64,000 nucleotides of DNA from an uncultured delta proteobacterium (GCA_963845515.1 CAWJSR010000010.1:96001-160000), one strand, 5' to 3'. Shown: positions 29,511-40,665, numbered from the stretch's first letter. The notes: generated by a model not told the origin, from the sequence alone. A program made the numbers and translations.

Positions 29511-30215
29511 TCACCCCTGATCGATCAGGAAGACCCTGCGGAGCAGCATCTTCTTACCGCTCATCTGGATGAAGCCCCGCCGCGTGAACTCGGAGATGGC
29601 GCGGGAGACCGTCTCCCGGCTCGTGCCGACCATCGCCGCGATCTCCGACTGGGTGGGCCGGTCCCTGATGACCACGCCGTCCTCCGCCTCGATCCCGTCG
29701 GCGCGCGCCAGCTCTCGCAGCTTGCCGGCGACGCGCCCCCAGACGTCGAGCAGCGCGAGGTTGCCGATGACGCGGTCGGCCTGCCTGAGCCGGCGGGAGA
29801 TCTCCTGCAGGACCTTCAGCGCGGTGGCCGGCTGGGCCTCGACGTGCGCGCGGAACGCCGCGCGGGAGAGCACGAAGAGCGCCGACGGCTCGACCGCCAC
29901 CACGGTGGCGGAGCGCGGCTCGTCGTCGAGCAGGCTCATCTCGCCGAAGAAGTCGCCGGGCGACTTGAACATCGTGAGGATGATCTCGCGCCCCTGCTTG
30001 CCGAAGAGGACCACCTTGACCTTCCCCCGCGCGAGCACGTAGAGCGAGTCGCCCGGGTCGTCCTGCCCCACGATCACGGCGCCATCGGAGAACTCCCGCA
30101 GCTCGCCGAGGCGCTCCAGGTCCGCCGCGGTGGCCTGATCGAGGTGGCTGAAGATGGAGACGTTCCGGAGCAGCTCGCGCATGCGCGCGTGCGTCGTCGC
30201 GGCCGAGTCGTTCAT
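29511..30215 (-). CDS. Crp/Fnr family transcriptional regulator
   Basis: cNMP-binding FFGEMSLLDDEPRSAT and HTH TQSEIAAMVGTSRETVSR. Confidence 0.93.
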   Translation of the reverse strand: MNDSAATTHARMRELLRNVSIFSHLDQATAADLERLGELREFSDGAVIVGQDDPGDSLYVLARGKVKVVLFGKQGREIILTMFKSPGDFFGEMSLLDDEPRSATVVAVEPSALFVLSRAAFRAHVEAQPATALKVLQEISRRLRQADRVIGNLALLDVWGRVAGKLRELARADGIEAEDGVVIRDRPTQSEIAAMVGTSRETVSRAISEFTRRGFIQMSGKKMLLRRVFLIDQG

Positions 30216-30250
30216 GGTTCGCGAACTGTATGGGACCGGATCGAGACCGG

Positions 30251-30868
30251 TCAAGGCCGCCTGAGCAGGCCCCGCACGGCCCCGGCCGGATCGTCACCGA
30301 CGAGCCAGGCCCGGATCGCTGCGACCCCGACCGCCCCGGCCTCCCGGGCCTCGCGCGCGTTGTCCGCGTCGATCCCGCCGAGCGCCACGAGCGGCAGCCC
30401 GGCCGCCGCGGCCTCGCGCAGCGCCGCGATCCCGAGCGGCGCCCCGTACTCGCGCTTGGACGGGGTGTCGTGGATCGGCGAGAAGGTCGCGTAGTCGGCG
30501 CCGGCCGCCCGTGCCGAGTCCACGTCGGCGAGCGAGTGGCACGAGCGCCCGATGAGCGCGCCCGCACCCAGGAGGCGCCTCGCCTCCTCCACCGGAACGC
30601 CTGCCGACGGCAGGTGGACCCCGTCCGCGCCGGCGGCGAGGGCGACGTCGATCCTGTCGTTCACGATGAGCAGCTGCCCCGCCTCGTGGCACGCCCGCCG
30701 GAGCGCGAGGGCGAGCCCGAGGAGCGCCCGGCCGCCGAGGTCCTTCTCGCGGAGCTGGACGGCGGCCGTGCGGGGGCGGAGCCCGCGCAGCGCGGCGAGC
30801 ACGCGGGCCGGGAGGTCCGCGACGAGCCGCCGATCGGTGACGAGGTGGAGCGCGGGGATCGGCGGCAC
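30251..30868 (-). CDS. thiE: Thiamine phosphate synthase (ThiE/TenI family)
   Basis: VQLREKD, IVNDRIDVA, GVHL, GRSCH, TPSK, ALGGI. Confidence 0.88.
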   Translation of the reverse strand: MPPIPALHLVTDRRLVADLPARVLAALRGLRPRTAAVQLREKDLGGRALLGLALALRRACHEAGQLLIVNDRIDVALAAGADGVHLPSAGVPVEEARRLLGAGALIGRSCHSLADVDSARAAGADYATFSPIHDTPSKREYGAPLGIAALREAAAAGLPLVALGGIDADNAREAREAGAVGVAAIRAWLVGDDPAGAVRGLLRRP

Positions 30869-31641
30869 TAATGTCCGATGAGCCCGGTCATCGGGCTGGA
30901 GGCGGCTGCGTGGAGCTTCATGGGGATGCGGCCGGCGAGGAAGGCCTTGCGCCCGGCCGCGACGCCGTCGCGCATCGCCTCGGCCATCAGCACCGGGTCC
31001 TTCGCCTCGGCGATCGCGGTGTTCATCAGGATGGCGACGGCGCCGAGCTCCATGGCGATGGCGGCGTCGCTCGCGGTGCCGACGCCGGCGTCGACGAGGA
31101 CCGGGACCTTCGCCGTCTCCATGATGATCCGCAGGTTGTACGGGTTGCGGATGCCGAGGCCGCTGCCGATGGGGGCGCCCAGCGGCATGATGGCGGCGCA
31201 GCCCGCGTCCTCGAGCCGCTGCGCCGTCACCGGATCGTCGTTGGTGTACGGCATCACGGTGAAGCCCTCCTTCACGAGGACCTTCGCCGCCTGCAGGAGC
31301 CCCTCGACGTCGGGGAAGAGCGTACGCTTGTCGCCGATGACCTCGAGCTTCACGAGGTCGCCCATCCCGAGCTCGCGCCCCAGCCGCGCCGTCCGGATCG
31401 CCTCTTCTGCCGTGAAGCAGGCGGCCGTGTTCGGGAGCAGGATCATCGTCCTGGGGATCCACTCGAGCAGCGACGCCTCCCCCTTGGCGGAGAGGTCGAG
31501 GCGGCGGACGGCGACGGTCACCACCTCGGCGCCGGAGGCCTCCAGGGCGCGCTGCATCGTGGGGAAGTCGGCATACTTCCCGGTGCCGACCAGGAGCCGG
31601 CTGGTGAAGACGTGCTTACCGATGTTCCAGGTGTCGGCCAT
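30868..31641 (-). CDS. thiG: Thiazole synthase
   Basis: [38 protein letters not shown]. Confidence 0.97.
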   Translation of the reverse strand: MADTWNIGKHVFTSRLLVGTGKYADFPTMQRALEASGAEVVTVAVRRLDLSAKGEASLLEWIPRTMILLPNTAACFTAEEAIRTARLGRELGMGDLVKLEVIGDKRTLFPDVEGLLQAAKVLVKEGFTVMPYTNDDPVTAQRLEDAGCAAIMPLGAPIGSGLGIRNPYNLRIIMETAKVPVLVDAGVGTASDAAIAMELGAVAILMNTAIAEAKDPVLMAEAMRDGVAAGRKAFLAGRIPMKLHAAASSPMTGLIGH

Positions 31642-31645
31642 GGCC

Positions 31646-31846
31646 CTACCCTCCTCCGACGAAGGCGACGATCTCGACCGCGTCGCCGGGGCCGATCCGC
31701 TGGCTCTCGTAGCGGTCCTTGGTGACGACGGTCTCGTTCAGCTCGACCGCGACGCGGCCGGCCTTGACCCCGAGATGGGTGAGGAGCCCGGTGACCGTCA
31801 TGCCTTCCGGGAGCTCCCGGAGTTCCCCGTTGATCCTGACCTGCAT
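31646..31846 (-). CDS. thiS: Sulfur carrier protein ThiS
   Basis: MQVRINGE...VAVELN...[10 protein letters not shown] with C-terminal GG. Confidence 0.95.
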   Translation of the reverse strand: MQVRINGELRELPEGMTVTGLLTHLGVKAGRVAVELNETVVTKDRYESQRIGPGDAVEIVAFVGGG

Positions 31847-31874
31847 GGCGTGGCGATCTAGCAAGGTGAGCCCC

Positions 31875-32816
31875 GTGGCGTCAAACCGCGATCTGGCCAT
31901 ACGGCCGCTCGGGCTCGGCGAGATCATCGATCGCGCCGTCGCGCTGAGCGTGCGCCACTTCAGGCCGCTCTTCCTCTGGATGCTCCTGATCCAGGCGCCG
32001 GCCATGGCCGCGTCGCGGCTTCAGCTCGCCGGCGCCGGCGAGGTGCTGGCCAACTTCGGCGACGCCGAGGCGTCGCTCGAGTCGCTGAAGGCGCTCGGCC
32101 GGACGTCGCTCTGGATCGTCGGCGTCCTCTTCCTCCTGCAGGTCGCCGCCTCCGCGATCTGCGCCGCGATCGTGGCCCCGTCCCTCGGCGTGACCGTCGG
32201 GCCGGCCTCCGCGCCGCGGCGCGTGGCCACCGTCGCGACGGCGGCGCTCGCCAGCCTGGCGCTCTTCGCCCTCCTCCCCGCCGCCGGGGCCGTCCCCGGC
32301 CTCCTCCTCCTCTCGCAGGCCGAGGGCGCCGTGGCCTGGGCGGGGGCGCTGGCGCTCCTCCTCGGCGGCGCCGGGATCGCCCTCCTCTTCACGGTCCTGT
32401 GGACGCTGCTCGTCCCCGCGGTCGCGGCCATCGAGGGGCGCCCGCACTTCGCCGCCGTGAGGCGCTCGGTCGCGCTGATGCGGTCGACCCCCGGCCTGCC
32501 GTATCTGGAACGCCCGGCGCTGCGCGCCTCCCTCGTCCTCTTCGCCACCTTCGCCATCGCGCTGGCGGTCAACCTGATCGTCGGAGTGCCGCGCGGGATC
32601 ATCGGCCGCCTCTCCGGCGGTTCGGCCCTCCTCCCGGCGCCGCTCTCGCCCTGGGCGGAGCTCCCGCTCGGCATCTTCGAGACGGTCGCCACCGCCGCCC
32701 TGCAGCCCTTCAGCCTGGTCGCGGTGACGGTCCTCTACTTCGACCGGCGGGCCCGGCGCGAGGGGCTCGACCTCGAGCGCTTCGCCGCCGAGGTGGAGGC
32801 AGGGGAGCCGCGATGA
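31875..32816 (+). CDS. Integral membrane protein of MoxR-associated operons
   Basis: IRPLGLGEIIDRAV start and LYFDRRARREGLDLE end, typical of the membrane gene preceding DUF4129/DUF4350. Confidence 0.75.
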   Translation: MASNRDLAIRPLGLGEIIDRAVALSVRHFRPLFLWMLLIQAPAMAASRLQLAGAGEVLANFGDAEASLESLKALGRTSLWIVGVLFLLQVAASAICAAIVAPSLGVTVGPASAPRRVATVATAALASLALFALLPAAGAVPGLLLLSQAEGAVAWAGALALLLGGAGIALLFTVLWTLLVPAVAAIEGRPHFAAVRRSVALMRSTPGLPYLERPALRASLVLFATFAIALAVNLIVGVPRGIIGRLSGGSALLPAPLSPWAELPLGIFETVATAALQPFSLVAVTVLYFDRRARREGLDLERFAAEVEAGEPR

Positions 32817-33554
32817 GCGCCCTCCTGGCGCTGCCGCTCGCGCTCGCGCTCGCCGCCGCGCCGGAGGGCTGTCCGGAGCCCGCCGCCGAGACCGGGCCGC
32901 TCGCCGCGTGGTGCGCCACGGTCGCCGCCCGGCCGCGCCTCGCCCTCCCCAGCGCCGAGGACCGGCGGACGCTGCGGGAGGTCCTCGAGCGGCCGGAGCT
33001 GCGCCGCGCGCGCGCCGACACCGCGGGCTTCCGGAGGATGATCGCGAGGCTCTGGGCCCGCGCCATGGAGCTGCTCGGGAGCGCCGAGGCCGAGCGGTAC
33101 GCCGCCGTCGGACGGATCGTCTTCGTCGCCGCCGGCGTCACCGCGCTGCTCGCGGCGCTGGCGGCGCTGCCGCCGGCGCAGGGCGCCAGGTCGCGCCAGC
33201 CGGACCCAGGACGAGCCGGTGCCAGGCCGCGTCCCTCCCCCGGATCGGAGCGCTGCGCTCGCTGAGACCGCCTTCGCCCGCGGCGACCTCCGAGAGGCCG
33301 TGCGGCACGCCTTCCTGTCGGCGCTGGCCGCGCTGGAGGCGGCCGGCCGCCTCCCACGAGACCGGACGCTGACCAACGGGGAGCTCGCCGCGCGCCTCGC
33401 CGGCGACGGCGGAAGCGTCGCCGACGAGTTCGGCGCGCTGGGCCGCACCTTCGACCGCACGGTCTACGGCAGGTCCCGCCTCGACGAGTCGATCGCCCGC
33501 GAGAGCCTCGCCCTGGCGCTCCGGATCCGATCCTCCGCGGGGGAGCGGACGTGA
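32813..33554 (+). CDS. DUF4129 domain protein (frameshifted near 33170-33230)
   Basis: C-terminal GDLREAVRHAFLSAL...TLTNGE...FDRTVYG pattern. Confidence 0.75.
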
Positions 33555-34681
33555 GGAGCGGCGCGGCGCTCGTGGCCGCCGGCGTCGCCGCGCTCGCGCT
33601 CGTCGCGGCCGCCGGGACGATCTCCAGCCAGCGCCAGCGGGCGTTGACGCCGTCGCCGCTGCCCACGGTGGGGAACGCCGGCCCTCGTGGCCTCGCTGCG
33701 GCCCGCGCCTGGCTCGCCGCCACCGGGCGGCCGCACCGCGTGCTCGGCGCGGGCGACGCCGGGCCCTCGCGCGGCGAGGTGCTGCTCCTCCTCGCGGCGC
33801 CGTCTCCGCTCACCGATGGGGAGGCCGCCGCCCTGCTCGCCCACGCCGAGCGCGGCGGGCTGGTGGTCTGGGCGCTGGGGAGCGCCCCCCAGCCGGCGTT
33901 GGAGCGCCGGCTGGGCGTGTCCCGCGCCGTCGTCGCGAGCGACCTCGAGGAGCACGCCGCGACGCCGCTCGCGCCGCACCCGCTCTTCGACGGCATCGCC
34001 CTGCGCACTGGTGGGGCCGCGCTGCGCATCGAGGCGAGGGGGGCCCTCCCAGTCGCCGGCGAGCCTGAGCGCGTCGGCGCCGTGTCGCTGCCGATCGGCG
34101 CGGGCGAGGTGGTGGTGCTGGCCGGGACCGACCCGCTGGAGAACTTTCGCCTCGGCGATGGCGGAAACCTCGGCCTCCTCTCCCGCCTCGCCTCCGTCGG
34201 GCCGATCGCGTTCGACGAGCGGCACCTCGCCGGCCCGGGCGCGGCGGGCGACCTGGGATGGGGCCGGCTCGGACCGCTCGCCGCCCAGGCGCTCCTCGCG
34301 GCTACCGTGCTCCTGCTGGCGCTTGGACGGCGGCTCGGTGCGGTGCGCACCTCGACGCTGGCGCCCGGGGGGGCCACGGCGCGCGACTACCTCGTGTCGC
34401 TCGCCCGCCTTTACAGGCGCGCCGGGGCGGAGCAGGCGCTGAGGGCGGCCACGTGGCGTCGAGCGCGCGAGCAGCTCGAGCGGCGAACCGGGATCGGAGC
34501 CCGGACGCCGGATGACGAGGTGCTGAGGAGGCTGGCGAGCCGCTCACCCGCGGCTGCCCGCGCCTGCGAGCGAGGGCTGGCGGGGCTGCGGGCTCCTCCG
34601 AGCGAGGCGAGCTTCCTGATCGTCGCGCGGGCCGCCGGGGAGCTCGACGCGGCGCTGCGCTCCAGCGCACGCAGCGCCTAG
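33551..34681 (+). CDS. DUF4350 domain protein
   Basis: N-terminal TM, GPRGLAA, GAGEVVVL, FDERH, GRRLG, DYLVSLARLY. Confidence 0.78.
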   Translation: MRSGAALVAAGVAALALVAAAGTISSQRQRALTPSPLPTVGNAGPRGLAAARAWLAATGRPHRVLGAGDAGPSRGEVLLLLAAPSPLTDGEAAALLAHAERGGLVVWALGSAPQPALERRLGVSRAVVASDLEEHAATPLAPHPLFDGIALRTGGAALRIEARGALPVAGEPERVGAVSLPIGAGEVVVLAGTDPLENFRLGDGGNLGLLSRLASVGPIAFDERHLAGPGAAGDLGWGRLGPLAAQALLAATVLLLALGRRLGAVRTSTLAPGGATARDYLVSLARLYRRAGAEQALRAATWRRAREQLERRTGIGARTPDDEVLRRLASRSPAAARACERGLAGLRAPPSEASFLIVARAAGELDAALRSSARSA

Positions 34682-34728
34682 ACGCACCCGCGCCATTTGT
34701 GGTGGAGTCAACGATGGAGGGGAAAGCC

Positions 34729-35713
34729 ATGAACCGCGTCGGGCTCTTCGCGCTGCTAGTTATCGCCTCGCCTCATCTCGCGTTCGGCCAGGACGCCGCC
34801 CCCGCGGGTGGCGACGCCGCGGCGCCAGCGACTGCGGCCGAGACCGCCCCCGCACCGTCACCCGCGGTGGCCTCCCCGGTCGAGCCGGCGCCCGTCGAGG
34901 CGGCGCCGGCGGCTCCACGCGCCTCGGACGCGGGCGAGCCGATCTGGCTCCAGCTCAAGAGCGGCCAGGTCCTCAGCGGGCGCGTGGTCTCCCGCGACCC
35001 GCAGGCGCTGACGGTGGAGACCGACGACGGGGTCCGGACCACCGTCCCACTCTCCGCCATCGAGGAGTCCCGGTCCGGCCAGTCGGCGACCGGGCCCGCG
35101 TACCGGGATGACCCGAATCGGGTGCGCTACCTTTACTCACCCTCGGGCTTCATGCTGCCGCAGGGGCACTGGTACTTCTCGCAGACGGAGTTGCTCGTCA
35201 GCTCCGTCGCGTACGGAGCCACCGACAGGCTCACCCTGAACCTCGGCGGCGCGGTGCCGTTCTGGTTCGTACAAGACGGGTTCAACCTGATCGGCGGGAT
35301 CAAGATCGGCACCGACCTCGGCAGGTACGTCCACGTCGCGGGGAGCGCGCAGGCGCTCGTCATCCCCGCGCTCACCACGTCGGCGACCGTCGGCATGGCC
35401 TTCGGCACGGTGACCCTCGGACGCCCAGCTACCACCTCGGCCTCTCCGCCGACGCCCCGTTCGCCGCGTCTTCCGACGGTCGGAGGTCGGCGACTACGCC
35501 CTGTCGGTCAGCGGATCGGTGCGCGTCTCGCGCGGGCTCGGCATCGTCAGCGAGAACTGGTTCTTCCCCAACGCGGACGGGCTGGAGCCAGTCAACTCGC
35601 TAGGGGTCCGCTTCATCGGCGATCGGCTCGCCGTGGACGCGGCACTCATCTTCATCTCCGGCTCCCCGATCCCGATCCCGTGGCTGGACTTCACGTACCA
35701 CTTCGGCTCCTGA
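34729..35713 (+). CDS. Secreted or outer-membrane hypothetical protein (frameshifted near 35425-35500)
   Basis: Signal peptide, Pro/Ala linker, LKSGQVLSG, DPNRVRYLYSPSGF; last frame ends IPWLDFTYHFGS. Confidence 0.65.
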
Positions 35714-35737
35714 CTTCACCCGCCGAAAGGAGCGACG

Positions 35738-36698
35738 TTGGCGATCGCTGACGACCTCGCCGCAGCCTCGACCCGGCTCGAGGCGGAGATCGGCAAGGCG
35801 GTGGTCGGCCAGCGGGAGGCGGTGACGGAGCTGCTCTCCGCCCTGCTCGCGGGCGGCCACGTGCTCCTCGAGGGTGTCCCCGGCGTCGCCAAGACGCTCC
35901 TCGCGAAGGCGCTGGCGCGGGCGCTCGACCTGCGCTTCGGCCGCGTCCAGTTCACGCCGGATCTGATGCCGTCGGACATCCTGGGCACCAGCGTCTACCG
36001 GCCCGAGACCGGCACGTTCGAGCTGCGGCGCGGACCGATCTTCACCGACGTCCTCCTCGCCGACGAGGTGAACCGGACGCCGCCCAAGACGCAGGCGGCG
36101 CTCCTCGAGGCGATGGAGGAGCGGCAGGTCACGCTGGACGGCCAGCGCCAGCCGCTCGGCGCGGAGTTCTTCGTCGTCGCCACGCAGAACCCGGTCGAGT
36201 ACGAGGGGACCTATCCGCTGCCCGAGGCCCAGCAGGACCGCTTCCTGGTGAAGGTGCGGCTCGACTACCCCGCGCTGGAGGACGAGCGGGAGATCCTGCG
36301 GCGTGCGGCTGCGGGCTTCGACGGCCACGACCTCGACGCCGCCGGCGTCCGGCCGGTGGTCACCCGTGAGCAGCTGCTCGCCCTGCGGGCGCATGCGAGG
36401 TCGCTCGCGGTCTCCGAGCCGGTCATCGAGTACGTCGCGCGAATCGTCCGCGCCAGCCGGGAGCTTCCCCGCGCGCGGCTGGGGGCGAGCCCGCGCGCCG
36501 GCGTCGCGCTGCTGGCGATGGCCCGCGCGAGGGCGGCGCTCCGCGGCGCGGAGTGGCTCGCCCCCGACGACGTCAAGGCGGTGGCCGCGCCGGTGCTGCG
36601 CCACCGGCTCGATCCTGCGGCCGGAGGCCGAGCTGGAGGGGGCGACCCCCGACGACCTCGTCGAGGAGCTGCTGGCGACCGTCGAGGTCCCGCGGTGA
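35738..36698 (+). CDS. MoxR family AAA+ ATPase (frameshift near 36610)
   Basis: [57 protein letters not shown]; tail [10 protein letters not shown]...VEVPR in another frame. Confidence 0.93.
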
Positions 36699-38018
36699 CC
36701 GGCGGGCCATCCCGCTTCTGGCTCCCGACACCCCTCACCGCCCTCCTCCTCTCCCTCGGCCTCCTCCCGCCGCTCCTCTCTGGCGCCAGCGGGCTCCGGG
36801 CCATGGCGGCCTGGGACGTCGCTCCTCGCGCTCCTCTTCGCGGTCGACGCCTTCCTCGCCCCGGGGCCGGGCTCGCTCCGCGCAGCGCGCGCCTTCCGCG
36901 ATCCGCTCTCGGCCTTCGCACCCAACCGGATCACGCTCCGGCTCGAGAACGCCGGCGACCGCACGCTGCGGCTCGACGCCGCCGATGCCCCTCCGTCGAG
37001 CTTCGCGTCGACTGGCCACCGTCGACGGGTGGTGCTTCCACCGCGCGCCCAGCTGGCGCTCGCAGTACGACGCCGTCCCGCGCGAGCGCGGCCCGGTGAC
37101 CTTCGGCGACCTCCACGTCCGGGCCACCGGCCCCCTCGCGCTCGCGGCGCGCCAGTGGCGCGTGGCGCTCGAGCAGGGCGCGCGCGTCTACCCCGACCTG
37201 CGCTCCCTGGCCCTGCCCGCCGCCTCGCAGGACCTGGACGCAGCCCGCCGTCGACGGCGAGGGGCGCGCGAGGGGCGCGAGTTCGAGTCGCTCCGCCCGT
37301 ACCTCGCGGACGACGACGTCCGTGCGATCGACTGGAAGGCGACGGCGCGCCGAGGCTCGCCGGTCGTCCGCCAGTGGCAGCCGGAGCGGAACCAGACGAT
37401 CTGGCTGCTGGTCGACTGCGGCCGCCTCCTGTCGGCGCGCCTCCCAGACGGACGGACCAGGCTCGACCGCGCCGTCGACGCGTCCCTGGGGGTGGCTCGC
37501 GCCGCCGCCGCACGCGGCGACCGGGTCGGGGTCATCCTCTTCGGCGCCGAGGTGACGCGCGTCGTCCTGCCCGGGAGCGGGCGCGGGCAGCTCGGGACCG
37601 CTCGCCGACGCACTCCACTCCGCCCACGCCACGATGGACGAGTCGGACTACGGGGCCGCCCTGGACCTGCTCGAATCGCGGCAGCGCCGCCGTGCCTTCG
37701 TCCTGATCTTCACCGACCTCGCCGACCCGGACACGAGCGCCCTCCTCATCGCCCGCGCGGCACGGCTCAGGCGCCGGCACCTGGTCCTCGTCGCGGCGCC
37801 GGGGGACTCCGGAGATCGCCGACGCGGCCCGCGAGGTCCCCAGGAGCGCCGAGGACGCGTTCGTGCGGGTGGCGGCCGAGCGGATCGTGGCTGAGCAGGA
37901 CGCGGCGGCCGTGCGGCTCGCCGCGGCCGGGGTGCGCGTGGAGCGCTGCTCCGCCGCCGACCTCGGCGCGTCGGTGGTGGCGCGCTACCTCGAGATCAAG
38001 GCGACCGGTGCGCTCTAG
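36695..38018 (+). CDS. DUF58 domain protein (several frameshifts)
   Basis: [54 protein letters not shown]; ends [11 protein letters not shown]. Confidence 0.85.
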
Positions 38019-38080
38019 ACGGGCGCCGTGCAGCCTCCCTCCCGCTTGACCGCTCACCCTTCCAGGTGGAGCCTTTGGGA

Positions 38081-38971
38081 ATGCCACTCTTCAGCAGGCA
38101 TGACGGGGATCCGGTGCATGGGCTGCCGCCGGTCCGGCTGATCATGCCGTTCCTGCTGCGCCGGCGGAGCGAGAGCGTCGTCTTCCACGACTCGGCCTAC
38201 GAGATCGCCGCTGCGCGCGCGTGGCTGAGGGCCTACAACCGGACCCACGCCGAGCGGGCCACGCTCTTCGACCTGCTCGCGTACGCCTGCGCCGCCGCGC
38301 TCCACGCGCGTCCGGAGCTCAACCGCTTCGTCTCGGGCGGGAGGATCTACCAGCGGCGCGGCGTCCAGCTCGCCTTCGTCGCGAAGCGGGTGATGAGCGA
38401 CGAGGGGGCCACCGCCTCGGTGAAGCTGGAGGCCGGCGCGGGCGAGCCCTTCTCCGGGTTCGTCGGCCGCATCGCCACCGCGATCGGCGGCGCCAGGGGC
38501 GCGCCGCGCGCCATCGACCGCGAGGTCGCCCTCTTCACCAGGATCCCGGCGCCGATCCTGCGCGCGGCCGTCCGGCTGGTGCTCGCGCTCGACGACTGGA
38601 ACCTCCTCCCGCAGTGGTTCACGCGCGACGACCCGATGTTCGTGAGCCTCTTCCTCGCGAACCTGGGGTCGGCTGGCGTCAGCGACGCGTACCACCACCT
38701 CTACGAGTACGGCACCTGCTCGCTCTTCGGCGCCATGTCCGCGCCGCAGCGGATGACCTTCATCGAGGGCAGCAGCGTGGTCGTCCGGGAGGGGCTGCGG
38801 GTCCGCTGGACCTTCGACGAGCGCATCCACGACGCCTTCTATGCCGCGCGGTCACTGGCGCTCGTCCAGCAGATCATCGAGGACCCCGCGCGCCACCTGG
38901 GCCCGCCCGAGGGTGCGCCGGCGGTTGCGCCCGAGGCGTTGCGTCCGGGCGCGCCAACCCGGGCCTCGTGA
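38081..38971 (+). CDS. Stand-alone 2-oxoacid dehydrogenase acyltransferase catalytic-domain-like protein
   Basis: RPELNRFV, LFLANLGS, WTFDERIHDAF (variant of DHRxxDG); no lipoyl domain. Confidence 0.7.
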   Translation: MPLFSRHDGDPVHGLPPVRLIMPFLLRRRSESVVFHDSAYEIAAARAWLRAYNRTHAERATLFDLLAYACAAALHARPELNRFVSGGRIYQRRGVQLAFVAKRVMSDEGATASVKLEAGAGEPFSGFVGRIATAIGGARGAPRAIDREVALFTRIPAPILRAAVRLVLALDDWNLLPQWFTRDDPMFVSLFLANLGSAGVSDAYHHLYEYGTCSLFGAMSAPQRMTFIEGSSVVVREGLRVRWTFDERIHDAFYAARSLALVQQIIEDPARHLGPPEGAPAVAPEALRPGAPTRAS

Positions 38972-38973
38972 CG

Positions 38974-39801
38974 ATGCGCCCCTCCGAGCGGCTCACCACA
39001 GCCTTCCTGCTCGCGCTCTCCGCCACCGCGGCGGTCGCCCGGCCGCCCGACCACCCCTGGCTGCCGCTCGCCTTCGGCGCCCTCGCGGCCGCGACCGCCC
39101 TGCTCGCGAGGATCGGCGCCCGCTCCGGCCGCTGGCTCCTCGCGCGCGATCTCTTCCCCGCGGTGGTCGTCCTCACGACCTTCAGCCTCCTCCAGCCGGC
39201 GATCGTCGCCCTCGTGCCCTGGCGGCTGGACGCCGCCCTCGCCGCGTCCGACGACCGCTGGCTCGGACCGCTCGTCGCCTCCTGGCGCGGGTTCCTCGGG
39301 CGCCCCGCGCCGCTCACCGACGCGACCTACCTGCTCTACCTGAGCTTCTACTTCCTCCCGCTCGCCGCGGCGCTGGCCGCGCGCGTCCGGCAGGGAGAGC
39401 AGGGCTTCGAGCGGGCGCTGCTCGTCATCCTGGGCACCTTCTACGCCTCCTGGGTCGGCTACTTCCTCTTCCCGGCCGAGGGCCCCCGGCTGGCGCCGGC
39501 GCTGGAGGCGGCCGTCATCGGGGGCGGGGCGATCAGCGAGGCCTCGCGCGCGTTCCTGCGCGCGGCCGAGGCGACGACGCTCGACGCCTTCCCGAGCGGC
39601 CACACCGCGGTGAGCCTCGTCGCAGCCGCGGTCGCGCCGGCGACCTCCCGCTGGAGCCGCGCCTGCTGGTGGGGGTGGGCCATCGGCGTCGTCTTCGCGA
39701 CGGTCTACGTCCACGTCCACTACGCCTCGGACGTGATCGCGGGCGGGCTGCTGGCGGCGGTGGCGCTGGCGTCAGCGCGTCGCCTGCGCGATCCAGTCTA
39801 G
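38974..39801 (+). CDS. PAP2/AUR1-like membrane phosphatase or phosphotransferase
   Basis: YFLFPAEGP, DAFPSGHTA, HYASDVIAG. Confidence 0.85.
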   Translation: MRPSERLTTAFLLALSATAAVARPPDHPWLPLAFGALAAATALLARIGARSGRWLLARDLFPAVVVLTTFSLLQPAIVALVPWRLDAALAASDDRWLGPLVASWRGFLGRPAPLTDATYLLYLSFYFLPLAAALAARVRQGEQGFERALLVILGTFYASWVGYFLFPAEGPRLAPALEAAVIGGGAISEASRAFLRAAEATTLDAFPSGHTAVSLVAAAVAPATSRWSRACWWGWAIGVVFATVYVHVHYASDVIAGGLLAAVALASARRLRDPV

Positions 39802-40089
39802 GTAGGCGTCGCTCCCCGCCTCGATGGAGAGGGCGATCACCTCCGGCACGTCGTAGGGATGCAGCGCCAGGATCCGGTCGCGCAGCTCGGCGAAGCGGCT
39901 CCGCCGGGTCTTGAGGAGCAGGAGGACCTCGGCGTCCTCCTGCACCTTCCCCTGCCAGCGGTAGATGGACCGGACGCCCGGGAGGACGTTGCCGCAGGCG
40001 GCCAGCCGCTCCTCCACGACGGCGCGGGCGATGGCGGCCGCGACGTCGGCGGAGGGGGCCGTCACGAGGACGACGATGGCGTCGGTCAC
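39772..40089 (-). CDS. cutA: Divalent cation tolerance protein CutA
   Basis: VEERLAAC, SIYRWQG, HPYDVPEVI, YLDWI. Confidence 0.95.
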   Translation of the reverse strand: MTDAIVVLVTAPSADVAAAIARAVVEERLAACGNVLPGVRSIYRWQGKVQEDAEVLLLLKTRRSRFAELRDRILALHPYDVPEVIALSIEAGSDAYLDWIAQATR

Positions 40090-40095
40090 CCCACC

Positions 40096-40650
40096 TCAGC
40101 TGACCTGTGGCTGCTGGGCCGGCCTGGCCTCCGGCAGCGCCTCTGCGGCGGCCGCGGCCGCCGCGGCGGTGGCCGCAGCGAGATCCGCCTCGGACGCCGT
40201 CAGCACGCGGTCGATGTCGAGGAGGATCACGAACCCCTTGCCGACCTTCCCCATGCCGGTGATGTGGTCGAGCTTAACGCCGGTCCCGAAGGCCGGCGGG
40301 GGCTCGATGTCGTCGTTGGCCAGGTCGACGACCTCGCTGACGGCGTCGGCGATCACGCCCAGCGTGAGCGTCTCGTCCTTGGTCCTGGTCTCGACGACGA
40401 GGACGCAGGTCCGCTTCGTCTCCGGGACCTCGCTCTTGCCGAACTTCACGCCGAGATCGACGACCGGCACGACCGAGCCACGGACGTTGATCACGCCGCG
40501 GATCGAGGACGGCGTCCCGGGCACCCGGGTGACCCCCTCGAACTGCAGGATCTCCTTCACCTTGAGGATCGGAACGCCGAAGTCGGTCCCAGCGACCACG
40601 AACGAGAGGTACTGGTTCACCAGCGCTGCATTGGCTTCCCTGGAAGTCAC
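40096..40650 (-). CDS. cheW: Chemotaxis coupling protein CheW
   Basis: QYLSF, VKEIL, RGVINVRGSVVPVVDL, DAVSEV, ILLDIDRVL. Confidence 0.95.
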   Translation of the reverse strand: MTSREANAALVNQYLSFVVAGTDFGVPILKVKEILQFEGVTRVPGTPSSIRGVINVRGSVVPVVDLGVKFGKSEVPETKRTCVLVVETRTKDETLTLGVIADAVSEVVDLANDDIEPPPAFGTGVKLDHITGMGKVGKGFVILLDIDRVLTASEADLAAATAAAAAAAAEALPEARPAQQPQVS

Positions 40651-40665
40651 GTATTCCTCCCGGCT

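Noticed and set aside
31847..31874. Possible TPP riboswitch upstream of thiS-thiG-thiE
   Set aside because: Only about 28 bp separate thiS from the divergent gene, and no TPP aptamer core (CTGAGA) is present there.
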